Positions 9,851 to 21,068 of a stretch of 24,218 bases of DNA are shown here, piece after piece. This DNA comes from Ginkgo biloba (Eukaryota; Plantae; Ginkgophyta). The stretch lies in assembly GCA_024626585.2 (NCBI GenBank), contig JANKJI020000002.1, positions 36,066,868 through 36,091,085 on the forward strand, read 5' to 3'. The position numbers and the translations under genes were made by a program. Positions within the stretch are counted from its first letter, which is position 1; the number at the start of each line of letters is the position of its first letter. A model generated the notes under the pieces. That model had not been told where the DNA came from, made no database searches, and saw only the letters and a list, made by a program, of their open reading frames with translations.

Positions 9851-10036
9851 GGCTATGACACACAATTAATACCAATGATGATGGAAGGTGTTCCAGCGAT
9901 GGTTCAGTGCTTTGATTTTTTACAAGAATTGCTACATAAATCACAACAAACCCAACAGGTCTTTGCAGTTATTCTTGCTGCAAATCTTGTGCGAAGATAC
10001 TCCAATCATCCACAAAGTCTGGCAGTTGCCCAACAG
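9851..10036 (+). CDS. INTS2: Integrator complex subunit 2-like protein, C-terminal-region exon D (absent from the ORF track)
   Basis: Acceptor gccAG (9850), donor CAG|GTAATA (10037); 186 nt, phase 0/0, no stops. GYDTQLIPMMMEGVPAMVQCFDFLQELLHKSQQTQQVFAVILAANLVRRYSNHPQSLAVAQQ aligns to human INTS2 GYPCELLPLTVAGIPSMHICLDFIPELIAQPELEKQIFAIQLLSHLCIQYALPKSLSVARL (recalled). Confidence 0.85.
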
Positions 10037-11359
10037 GTAATATCTTAGCTATCACGGAAAATCTCATTACCCTTTTTACTTGACACTATATGATTATGTA
10101 ATATGCATGTACTGTGGACACTCGTTTTTGGTAATACCTAATGTTAATCATAAGTATAGTTTCTTGTGACCTAGTTTGTCTTTGACCATTTGTGTGATTT
10201 CTCAAGGTTCCTTTTTTGAAGCATAAAGGCTATAGTTTTTCAATGCTTTGTGCATTTTCTTCCAATTATCCATGTTCTCACATGTTGATTTTTAGGTTGA
10301 AGACTTCTTGTTGTTATGCTTGTATACTTTTCTTTTATGCCTACGATCCAACAANNNNNNNNNNNNNNNNNNNNNNNNNNNNNNNNNNNNNNNNNNNNNN
10401 NNNNNNNNNNNNNNNNNNNNNNNNNNNNNNNNNNNNNNNNNNNNNNNNNNNNNNNNNNNNNNNNNNNNNNNNNNNNNNNNNNNNNNNNNNNNNNNNNNNN
10501 NNNNNNNNNNNNNNNNNNNNNNNNNNNNNNNNNNNNNNNNNNNNNNNNNNNNNNNNNNNNNNNNNNNNNNNNNNNNNNNNNNNNNNNNNNNNNNNNNNNN
10601 NNNNNNNNNNNNNNNNNNNNNNNNNNNNNNNNNNNNNNNNNNNNNNNNNNNNNNNNNNNNNNNNNNNNNNNNNNNNNNNNNNNNNNNNNNNNNNNNNNNN
10701 NNNNNNNNNNNNNNNNNNNNNNNNNNNNNNNNNNNNNNNNNNNNNNNNNNNNNNNNNNNNNNNNNNNNNNNNNNNNNNNNNNNNNNNNNNNNNNNNNNNN
10801 NNNNNNNNNNNNNNNNNNNNNNNNNNNNNNNNNNNNNNNNNNNNNNNNNNNNNNNNNNNNNNNNNNNNNNNNNNNNNNNNNNNNNNNNNNNNNNNNNNNN
10901 NNNNNNNNNNNNNNNNNNNNNNNNNNNNNNNNNNNNNNNNNNNNNNNNNNNNNNNNNNNNNNNNNNNNNNNNNNNNNNNNNNNNNNNNNNNNNNNNNNNN
11001 NNNNNNNNNNNNNNNNNNNNNNNNNNNNNNNNNNNNNNNNNNNNNNNNNNNNNNNNNNNNNNNNNNNNNNNNNNNNNNNNNNNNNNNTAATTTGGATCCA
11101 TAAAATCCTAAAGATGCTAGTCAAACTTGGAATACCATCCAATAATCTATTTGTTTTCTGAGCAATTGTAAGGAAGGAACAATAAGTTGCAATTTTATTT
11201 AGGGGGACTTGAGATGTTTGTTGTACCACTCATGTTACTATGTGCTATTCTCATATTAAAAAGTTGAAAATTTGCTTACATAAGTGCCTTATTTGGGATG
11301 TATGCTAGTACCATGTGAATTGTATGGATTAACAGAATGTCGAGAAGCAAAAGGAAGGC

Positions 11360-11953
11360 CTGGCTAAATTGAGAAGTATTATAGGAATTCTAGTCAAATT
11401 ACACCTTGAGAAAGGGGAGAAGTGTTATGTTAACCAATGAAGCTAGTTTATGTATATTGGAATTAATGTTATCACTACCTTGAGAGGTTATGATAAGAAG
11501 GGAAAAACAAGCAATTTAAGGCCCGTTAATTAAGCCCTAGTAGGGCACAACCAATAGGAGTCTGACATATGGAAAACAACCCTTAAGCAGGCAGTCGTGT
11601 GTTAGGGAACCACCAATTATTAGTCAAACTCTCTTATAAATACGTAACTTGCTTGGGCTTGGTTCAATTTTTTGACTACTAGTTTTATCTTCTGGCATTG
11701 GACATTACTTTCTTTCTCTTGGCTTCCATCTTTTTTTTAGCTTGCTAGGCGCTCTTCTTTGAGCAATGATTTCAGATTTGAAGGAGCTTCTTGAAGTTGG
11801 ACTAGTGATGTCTCACCTAGTCCTTTCTCAACATCTTTTATGGTTGGGCACTGCTATTGTAGGGTGACGTCTCATCTAAGGGTATTTTTGGACTATTGTT
11901 GCATATTGAAGCTCCAAATTGGCCAGAAAGGTGAAATAGGCTTTCCTACAACA
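11360..11953 (+). mobile_element. 3' end of an LTR retrotransposon (copia-like): pol tail, PPT and LTR
   Basis: LRSIIGI (RNase H tail-like); PPT GAGAAAGGGGAGAAG 11408-11422 directly followed by TGTT (11423); TATAAATA near 11635; candidate LTR end ACAACA at 11953. Confidence 0.55.
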
Positions 11954-13249
11954 TTGTATCTGCCATGCAATAATTGTTTGAACTAGATTTGTGGCTAGAA
12001 CTGGAAGTGCTCCACTTATAGACCCTGTTGGTAGATATTTTCGTTCATGGCTATACTTATCTCAATTACAAAGAGTGTCTTAACTGGTGAGCCCCCCACA
12101 CGGGTAAGTTTCTNNNNNNNNNNNNNNNNNNNNNNNNNNNNNNNNNNNNNNNNNNNNNNNNNNNNNNNNNNNNNNNNNNNNNNNNNNNNNNNNNNNNNNN
12201 NNNNNNNNNNNNNCTTGATTTGGCCCTACCATGTTGAAACCCTAAGTCTAGCCTCTAGAGGTAGCCTGGATACTATGATTGATATCCGTTGGGGGATAGG
12301 ATTAAATGGATAGTCTTGATATTTTGTATGCATTTATGGGTGTAGAATTGGTAGTGGGTTGAATATACCTGGGATGAGGGCTATTGATTGAAAGGATACC
12401 CCATAATCAATTAGCCCTTATGGTTGGTTGTATTAAGGGTTATTAGGTGAAGATACCCCATAGTTTGTTGGTCCTCATGGTTGGTTGTAAGATGCTTGGG
12501 TTGAGAGGATACCCCTTTGTTCTATTATGCATAGGGGTTGGAATATACCCAAGTGAACTGTCAGTCACAATATCAGTAATTAATATAAATAAATAAATGC
12601 CAGTTAAGGGTGGAACCTTGCTAAGTATAATATTAGTCCTAAAAAGGGGTTGAAATGATATGTATGGGCAAACACCCTTGTTGAGGTCGGTTTGAGGCTG
12701 GAGTCTGGGAGATTAGTAATAGTTGCTAGGCATTGATGGTGTGCATGACAATGCCACGTAAGTGTGGCTGTCAACATAATAAACCCATTAGGTTGTGTCC
12801 CCAAAGGCCTATGCTTAGTTCCCCATGTTACCATTCCTTTAGTACCAACAATCCTACCCTTATGATCTTTGCCAATTAAATGTTTATATTGTACTGCACC
12901 ATAGATTAATATGAATAAATATTTGAGTACATGTGTATGATAAACTGTGTATATTGCATCTACATTGCATGTTTTGAATGTTGTTTATATGTAGGTATAA
13001 GGGCGGGTTGTTAGAAGAACAACAGTAAAACCGAGTTAGTAAAGACATTACAATAAGTTCTTACCTATTAGTTTAGGATGGAGATAGCGTGCATTTTGAC
13101 TTGGATTATGTCACCTCTAGTGGTTGGTTGCAATTTTAAACTTGTCAAAAATTAATTCTAGCCTTCCATTTATCACGGTGAATAAATATAAAGCTCTATT
13201 TTAGATTACTTTGCTATGATTTTTTGAAAAGAATATTTATATTATGTAC

Positions 13250-14210
13250 CCAAGTGACAACACAAGCGTATGAGACTCTATAACACCTAAAAGAATGTTG
13301 TGAATCCAATTGAAACTCATTAGGTCTCTAAGACATCCTTAATCAAGCACAGACAACTTTTTCAACAAGCTTATATAGTCTAAATAAGGTTAATATATTA
13401 TTAATCCACTAATATCAGTTAGTTTATAAATAGAAGAATCATTGCCTTTATGAAAGGATATGTACTCTTATATAAAGCTATTATAAATATACGTATTAGC
13501 CAATGTAAGATCATAAGTTGAAAAATGTTTCTATAAAGTAATAAGATCCAATTCAACTAAGTGCCCACTCACACTAGATAGTTATCTTCCTCCATCCTAT
13601 AATGTACTTCACAAGCTTGATTCCCATCCTAATGGTAGCCATCATACTAGATATCCTTCCAGGATGCTCGTTTAGTGAATATCTTAATGACACAAGTTGT
13701 GTTAGAAGGCATATATAGTTGTTACATATGAAATAGTACCCTTCTCTAAAACCTCCTCCATAAACTAATTAGAACATCAATTAATTTGGTTCCTATATTT
13801 TGATTTCAAAGATAACTATTCTTCAACAAGTGCTTCTAAATCCCTCTTTATGGAGAATAGCTTATTATTGGCATGCCTAAGTTGTTGTCATTTATTCTAT
13901 TATAGTATATATGTCACATTCTCATGCCATCACTTTAGTATTTACTGTATTTGTAGATCTATTTAGTACAAATGAAACCAATTTTATTTATAATTGAATT
14001 CCTTAACTTACGTAGTATAACTCTCATTACTAATGATGTAATTAATGCCACAATTTCATTTCTATCTACTACTCCTTTTATCATAGATACATAAATCCTT
14101 AGTAGAGTCATCAAGTATTGCATCATCAATGATAGTTTAATGTTGAATATCATATTTAGGCATGCATTCGAGTAACTAGGAATCATAATCCTTAACAATA
14201 TTTTAAACAC
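13250..14210 (-). mobile_element. Highly decayed DNA transposon remnant, possibly a Mutator-like SWIM zinc-finger transposase
   Basis: - strand fragments RHANNK (13861-13878), LIDVLISL, RASWKDI and CEWAL (13559-13573) occur in the order expected for plant MULE/SWIM proteins; many stops and frameshifts. Confidence 0.35.
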
Positions 14211-14499
14211 TTTTTATATTTAGTTATCTACCCCATTAAGAGTTATTCATGACTTACCATTTGATTCGGTGGGAAAGACATCAATAAAAATCTATATTAC
14301 AACCTCTTACGTAAAATATGATGGATGTACATACATAATCACCATCATGTCATGGTTTATTCAACACCATCTACTTCCCACNNNNNNNNNNNNNNNNNNN
14401 NNNNNNNNNNNNNNNNNNNNNNNNNNNNNNNNNNNNNNNNNNNNNNNNNNNNNNNNNNNNNNNNNNNNNNNNNNNNNNNNNAATGAAGGGTCTATGATT

Positions 14500-15090
14500 G
14501 CACAATGTGCATTTTATTATGGAAGTTCCTCCAACACCCTTAGGGCCCTTAGTACTATGGCAATACTCCTCACATAGGCTATCTTCACAAGACTTGCAGA
14601 CTCATATGAGATGTTTAACGTCTCTTCTCTATTCCAATCTATAGGTAGCTCCATAGACTGGTTACCTCCATTTAGATTTTGATTTGATAATGCTCATCTT
14701 TTACCCACCAAAATAAGAAAAGGTTAAGGAGGCTATTCAAGAGGATATCTACAGATAGTACAACCGGAACAAATCCTCCTAGCTTGCCTAGCAGTAAACT
14801 TGCCTTCTATGATGAAGGTTTTCTTCACATCATGGATGTCTTCATCGTTCTCTTAGGATATCTCTAGTGACAATTATCACACAGTTTGAGGTTTCCCTTA
14901 GGGGAAATCAGAGTCCGATCACATCAGCTCATAGATCAAATCAGACCATCATATTCGAGGGATCTACGTATTTGCAGATTTTGCTCCTTAAAAGTAAGAA
15001 TTTGAGGAGCACTTTATCTTTCGCTACACAATTTACTATGAGGCCAGAGGTAGATATTGGTGTTTATTCAAGGGAGTGGGGGAGCTCACT
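14500..15090 (-). mobile_element. Decayed retrotransposon gag remnant
   Basis: - strand fragments KICKYVDP, FPLRET, DVKKTFIIE and a Cys/His knuckle-like LCEEYCHSTK, in gag order. Confidence 0.4.
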
Positions 15091-16145
15091 CTCCACCTTC
15101 CATAGATATGAGGACCAGATGTGTTTAGCCTAATTTATCAAAGAGATAATGGCTCACAAGAGACACCTTTTATTCAATAGATAGAGATCATATAGGACAC
15201 ACCTTATTACTCCCTTCTTCCATCTAGATAGATGCAATATGGAATGAAAGTGTGTTGTAGACTTTGGCGACATCCTGTGTTCTACAAGACACTTCCTTCT
15301 CTCTCAAACTGCTGTCGACAGCATTCTTTATTATCATTCAGGCCCACTTAGCAGGCAAAATGGGTTGGACATTAGATCTTCCTATGAGACTAAGCTCGAC
15401 CTAGGATGTTAGGAGAGATTACTTCATCTTCAATGACCTCATGACAACAACTCAAACAATTCCATAACCTCATTGTTACGAGTTTGTGACCACTTGAGTT
15501 TTTTTAAATTAGCTTTAAATTCTTATGATAGATTTGTAGTATACAAACTCTTTCCTTTCTTTGACAATTGTTTAGCACTTGGTCTTACATTATAGATATT
15601 TGTATCCTTTCTTTATTTATCTATTGTATATTTGTTTATCTAGAAATATGCTATTCACTCCCTTCGATGTTCCAACAGTTGATGTATTTTCTAGTCACAT
15701 TGGCCGCTTCTAGTCAATTGTGGACATTAATATAATTTCATTGAAAGCCAAAGGGAAGGAAAGTCATCTCCAAGATACTATGGACCATACAAAATAAGAG
15801 CAATGGTCAAAGAAGTAGCCTATGCACTGAATGTGCCAAATCAGAAAGAATCCACAACTTATTCCACAAATCCTTCTTTAAAATGAAGATTAGATAATTA
15901 ATATTTTCCAAATGGAACTCTTAGTACTATATGAGGAAGGCAAACTAATATTCAAACCAAAGGTGATATTAGATACAAGAATGAAGCAACTGTAAATGAA
16001 GCAAATTCAAGGGTGTCTAATCACATGCGAAATTCTACCAACAGATGATACAACAAGAAAATCAAACTCATTTATCCAACGCCACCCACACCTGCAACTA
16101 CTTTGAGTGCAAAGAATTCTAAGAGAAGAGGGTGTATTGTGTGTT

Positions 16146-16450
16146 GTGAAGACAAGTCACAACATAGGCCCACAAGACTCTTAAAACCCCTAAAAGAATG
16201 TTGTTAATCAATTCATCGCGGCATTAACACACCCTTAATAAAACATAAACCACCCTTAAAAAAGATTAGATATTCAAAACAAAGATAATAAATTATTACT
16301 CCACTAATATTAATTGGTTTATAAGGGGAAGAGTCACCACCTTTATGAAAGGATATATATTTTTATAAAAAGGTACTATGAAAACAAATAGTAGCCAATG
16401 TGAAATCATAAGTTGAAGTATTTCTATGAAGCAATATTCTATTTTGAAGA
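16146..16450. repeat. Diverged second copy of 13250-13545, same orientation
   Basis: Collinear shared blocks CCTAAAAGAATGTTGT, TCCACTAATAT, CCTTTATGAAAGGATAT, TAGCCAATGT and ATCATAAGTTGAA. Confidence 0.8.
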
Positions 16451-17119
16451 AAGCTATTAGGAAGTAGGTGCTTCCACACATCCTAAGAAGTGTAATGTTT
16501 GGCTTATCTTGTGATCCTCATTAATATAGTGTTATTTTAAGCAGATTCAATTTTGTGGCTATTGTTCTTAATCTACTATTTATTAGTAATTACCCATCAA
16601 GAGTCAACACAAGTGGTATCAAATTCCTGCAACAATCCTGTGATTGAAAATATATATGCCAGTTCAAACTTGCTCAGAAAGCAAAGGTAACATGACAAGT
16701 CTGAAAGATAGGAATATCTAAATTGAAAGCTAACCATGAGGATATTTCAAGGAAACTCAAAGATATGCACAAAGACACTCAAGCAATACAAGATAGTTGT
16801 AATAAGCTTTCAAAAGAAAGTTGCTTTTCTCACAACATAGATTCCTCAATTAACTCCACAACAACAACAAAAAATAGGGCAACAAAATAACTCCTGCTCC
16901 CCATCACTTGGAGGAAGTCGAATAATGTACAAATTGCATGAAACCAAACTAAGAGATTTGATTTGTAGGTAAGTAGGCTTTAAATTCCTTACCATGACCA
17001 CTGTAGAGCCATTCGGCTCTTCACAGGTTGGCATTCAAACTATCACACTGCTTGAAGCTCAAGCTAGGCCGTAGACAGAGCAAGATGGCACCGAAGTGAG
17101 CTAAAAAATTTGTACCCAA

Positions 17120-17445
17120 GGTATTCCTCGAGGTGAGTCCAGTAATCCTCCCCCTCCTATTGTAGCATTAGATCCTGATAAGGTTAATGTTGTCACATAT
17201 GCTTTTGCTTCTACCACCTCGATTGGTTATTTCATAGGTTGCCCTCCACCCGAGCTCATCCTGCGTCAGTGGGTTAAAGAGGCTTGGGAAGCCTTTGGCA
17301 AGAAGGTTTCATCTGTTACCTCACCAAGGGATTTTACTCATTTACCTATGATAACGCGAACTCTTCCAACCAAGTGCTACTGCGAGGGCCCTGGACATGC
17401 AAGAGAAACTTGGTAGTGTTGAACCCCTAGGTGGTTGATTTCCCT
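17120..17445 (+). mobile_element. L1-clade LINE ORF1 fragment (DUF4283 RNA-binding domain)
   Basis: IGYFIGCPPPELILRQWVKEAWEAFGKKVSSV/LTKGFYSFTYDNANSSNQVLLRGPWTCKRNLVVLNP*VVDF, with one frameshift near 17320 and a TAG where W is expected. Confidence 0.8.
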
Positions 17446-17589
17446 GTAAAGCCAATGTGGAAATCTGCGCGAATTGCACAACAAGAGATTGTTGTTGCAT
17501 AAAATGTATGTAATGAGATGTAGAATTAGACTAACATACTTCATGTATTCATGACCTTCCCTTCCCCTACTACCTTCTTTGCCTTTCGG

Positions 17590-18003
17590 CCCTGCTACCT
17601 TCTCCTTGGGTTTTTGTTCTGTCCTCGTGGGTTCTCCCCATCCTCTGTCCCTGCTATCTTCTCCTCGTGTTTTCGTTCGGTCCTTGTGGGTTCACCCCAT
17701 TCGTTCGTGTGTCCCTAGGTTCTTTCCCTTCTGGGCGCTAATCGCGTGAACCTTCCCAGATTGTTCATGGGGTGGGCATCTCATCCACTCATGTAAGCTT
17801 CACGCGAGCTCTACGTGGTGTGGGCCTTCCCCTCTAGGTTTCGTCTAGTCGGTGCTCCCTCCAGTGTGCAGACGTCCCACTAGTGTGCAAACGTCCATAC
17901 TTCAGTGCCAACTCTGTGAATTTCCTCTGTACAATGTGCTAGGTCCCACCAGCATGCAGACGTCCATGCTTCAACTCCAGCTCTGTGAGTGTCCTCTACA
18001 ATG
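17590..18003. repeat. GC/CpG-richer segment with two tandem duplications (periods about 59 and 69 bp)
   Basis: 17590-17641 vs 17649-17700; 17876-17936 vs 17945-18003. Confidence 0.75.
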
Positions 18004-18503
18004 AACTATTGCGAACAACTCTTCATTTTGTCCTCTATTTGGTGGGCTTGATCCCCTAGGCTTGCAGTTCCTGTTGTGTCCAGTGGATTCGTTCCTTGGT
18101 AGCCTGGCACTAAATGGTCAATAAGGTTAAAGACTCTGCTATAGTTTGAAGATTATTGCAGTGGGTTGATCCATTTTCTGATCATCAAGTAGATTCCCTC
18201 GGTTGGAGATAGTCAATTCATAGGGTTCTTGGCGACGCAGGTTAAAGACACCCCACGAAGAATGGGTTCCAGGGATTTTCAAATCCTGAAGGGAAAGGTG
18301 CTCCCTTATGCACCAAGGGAGGAGGCAGGCGCTAGGAGACAAACACTTAGGTAAAGACTCAGGAAACGACGTGCCTCAACAAAACCTAATCCTAGCCAAG
18401 AACNNNNNNNNNNNNNNNNNNNNNNNNNNNNNNNNNNNNNNNNNNNNNNNNNNNNNNNNNNNNNNNNNNNNNNNNNNNNNNNNNNNNNNNNNNNNNNNNN
18501 NNN

Positions 18504-19560
18504 GAAGGAAAGTGAAGCAATTGGGACTTTATGTCAATCAAACAAATGCCTTCGTAGTTGCCATCTCGGGACACACATTGTGAATGCGGGAATTAGTAGT
18601 TGAAAACATAAAAGTTAAATCTAACAATGGGTGAGTACACACTGAACTCAAGCTTCTTTGCTTTATCCATTGGCGGAGTCAACACATTTCTTATTATCTA
18701 ATGAGCGTATGGGACAAACCATGATGAGAATTTATGAAATTCAAGCTTAATGGAATAAAGTACACCATTAACGAAATATGGATCCCATCAAATCAAATAG
18801 TGGATTCGAAATATTGTTAGAAAGGATGACATTGTCATCATGGCACAACTATTGTTTCATGGAGGTAGAATTGCAATAAGATGTTGATCATCAAACACAA
18901 GAAGACCAAATAATAGATGAAAAGGAAGCCTTAGAAGCAGTCCTTCGAAAGCATCACAAGTTTTTTCAAGACCTTCCCAAAAGTTTACCCTCGAATAGGG
19001 GTATGGAGGTATAATTGAATTCATCAACAATGTAAGAATGTACAAGTGTAGCCATAACCAAAAAATTGAGATTTGAAATGTTGGTACAGGAACTCCTTGA
19101 AATAGGTGCCATCACACATAGTTAAAGTCCCTATGCAACTCCTATTGTTCTTGCAAGGAAGAAAGATGGATCATTTATACTTTATGTTGATTATAGAGCA
19201 CTTACCAAAATCATCATCAAAAATAAACTTTCCATGCCTAAAATTGATGATAAATTAGATGAATATCATGGTACAAAGTACTTCTCCAAATTTGACTTTC
19301 TCTAGTTCTTGCAACACCAAGCTTTTCTAAACCATTCACTTAAGAGTGATGCATCAAGAATTAGAAGTGGCGCCATATTAATGCAAGATGACAAACCNNN
19401 NNNNNNNNNNNNNNNNNNNNCTTTTGATAGAGAAAGACAATTATTGACATACAATAAAGAAATTACAAAATGGTGCCAATATCTTCTTGAAAATAAATTC
19501 ATAGTAAAAACATACTGCAATAGAAGAGTATTCAAAAGATCTTGTAACCATTAAACTAAG
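18504..19560 (+). pseudogene. Ty3/gypsy pol remnant (protease, N-terminal RT, RNase H)
   Basis: KVKQLGLYVNQTNAFVVAISG; SPYATPIVLARKKDGSFILYVDYRALTKIIIKNKLSMPKIDDKLDEYHGTKYFSKFD; LVLATPSFSKPF/SDASRIRSGAILMQDDK; TYNKE..KWCQYLLENKFIVKT. Confidence 0.9.
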
Positions 19561-20531
19561 TGAGGACATTAGAAACAACAAAACAAATGAAAAATGGGAG
19601 GTACACTTTAGCATAGTCTTCTACAAAGATCGAATCCACCTANNNNNNNNNNNNNNNNNNNNNNNNNNNNNNNNNNNNNNNNNNNNNNNNNNNNNNNNNN
19701 NNNNNNNNNNNNNNNNNNNNNNNNNNNNNNNNNNNNNNNNNNNNNNNNNNNNNNNNNNNNNNNNNNNNNNNNNNNNNNNNNNNNNNNNNNNNNNNNNNNN
19801 NNNNNNNNNNNNNNNNNNNNNNNNNNNNNNNNNNNNNNNNNNNNNNNNNNNNNNNNNNNNNNNNNNNNNNNNNNNNNNNNNNNNNNNNNNNNNNNNNNNN
19901 NNNNNNNNNNNNNNNNNNNNNNNNNNNNNNNNNNNNNNNNNNNNNNNNNNNNNNNNNNNNNNNNNNNNNNNNNNNNNNNNNNNNNNNNNNNNNNNNNNNN
20001 NNNNNNNNNNNNNNNNNNNNNNNNNNNNNNNNNNNNNNNNNNNNNNNNNNNNNNNNNNNNNNNNNNNNNNNNNNNNNNNNNNNNNNNNNNNNNNNNNNNN
20101 NNNNNNNNNNNNNNNNNNNNNNNNNNNNNNNNNNNNNNNNNNNNNNNNNNNNNNNNNNNNNNNNNNNNNNNNNNNNNNNNNNNNNNNNNNNNNNNNNNNN
20201 NNNNNNNNNNNNNNNNNNNNNNNNNNNNNNNNNNNNNNNNNNNNNNNNNNNNNNNNNNNNNNNNNNNNNNNNNNNNNNNNNNNNNNNNNNNNNNNNNNNN
20301 NNNNNNNNNNNNNNNNNNNNNNNNNNNNNNNNNNNNNNNNNNNNNNNNNNNNNNNNNNNNNNNNNNNNNNNNNNNNNNNNNNNNNNNNNNNNNNNNNNNN
20401 NNNNNNNNNNNNNNNNNNNNNNNNNNNNNNNNNNNNNNNNNNNNNNNNNNNNNNNNNNNNNNNNNNNNNNNNNNNNNNNNNNNNNNNNNNNNNNNNNNNN
20501 NNNNNNNNNNNNNNNNNNNNNNNNNNNNNNN

Positions 20532-20733
20532 GTCGTCATCTTTCCGATCGAGTTGATCAGTTTTGTAAATGGATGCCAATCGGTGAGTAAAATTACACTA
20601 TGGTTGACATCTTTCTGATCAAATCGATCGGTGTGTAAAACGGATGTCGATTAGTGAGTAAAATTACACTTTGGTCGTCATCTTTACGATCGTGCTGATC
20701 GGTGTGTAAAACAGATTTTGATTGGTGAGTAAA
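20532..20733. repeat. 71-bp tandem repeat, about 3 copies visible between gaps
   Basis: Units start at 20532, 20603 and 20674 (GTCGTCATCTTT...GTGAGTAAAATTACACT). Confidence 0.9.
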
Positions 20734-20966
20734 CAGTCATAAGGATANNNNNNNNNNNNNNNNNNNNNNNNNNNNNNNNNNNNNNNNNNNNNNNCCGTTT
20801 TTTGCCCTCCTGGTCTTGTTTTGAAGTTGACGAATATGGCTACAACTTTCATTTATTGATCATGGGCTAAAACTGTACGCATTTTGCTCAATTTTCTTTG
20901 CAATTTGATTGTTCTGGAAAATGATAGAAAATCAATTTTAGATCCAAAAATGGATCATCAAACCAA

Positions 20967-21068
20967 AAATGGGAGTAGATATCCATGGATTTCATTATAG
21001 CACTTACAAAGTTTGAAGGAAAAGACACAATATTTGTTGTAGACTAACTTACCAAGTAAGCACAAATT
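20967..21068 (+). pseudogene. Ty3/gypsy integrase core fragment
   Basis: KWE*ISMDFIIALTKFEGKDTIFVVD*LTK*AQI (cf. KWESISMDFITGLPKS.GKD.IFVVVDRLTKYAHF). Confidence 0.85.

Noticed and set aside
10216-11229. Long ORFs of 260-329 aa in the ORF track
   Set aside because: Almost entirely N-gap translated as X.
19608-20579. Long - strand ORFs of 299-323 aa
   Set aside because: Assembly gap artefacts.
20532-20733. CRISPR-like periodicity
   Set aside because: Whole units are homologous with no unique spacers, there are no cas genes, and the context is eukaryotic.
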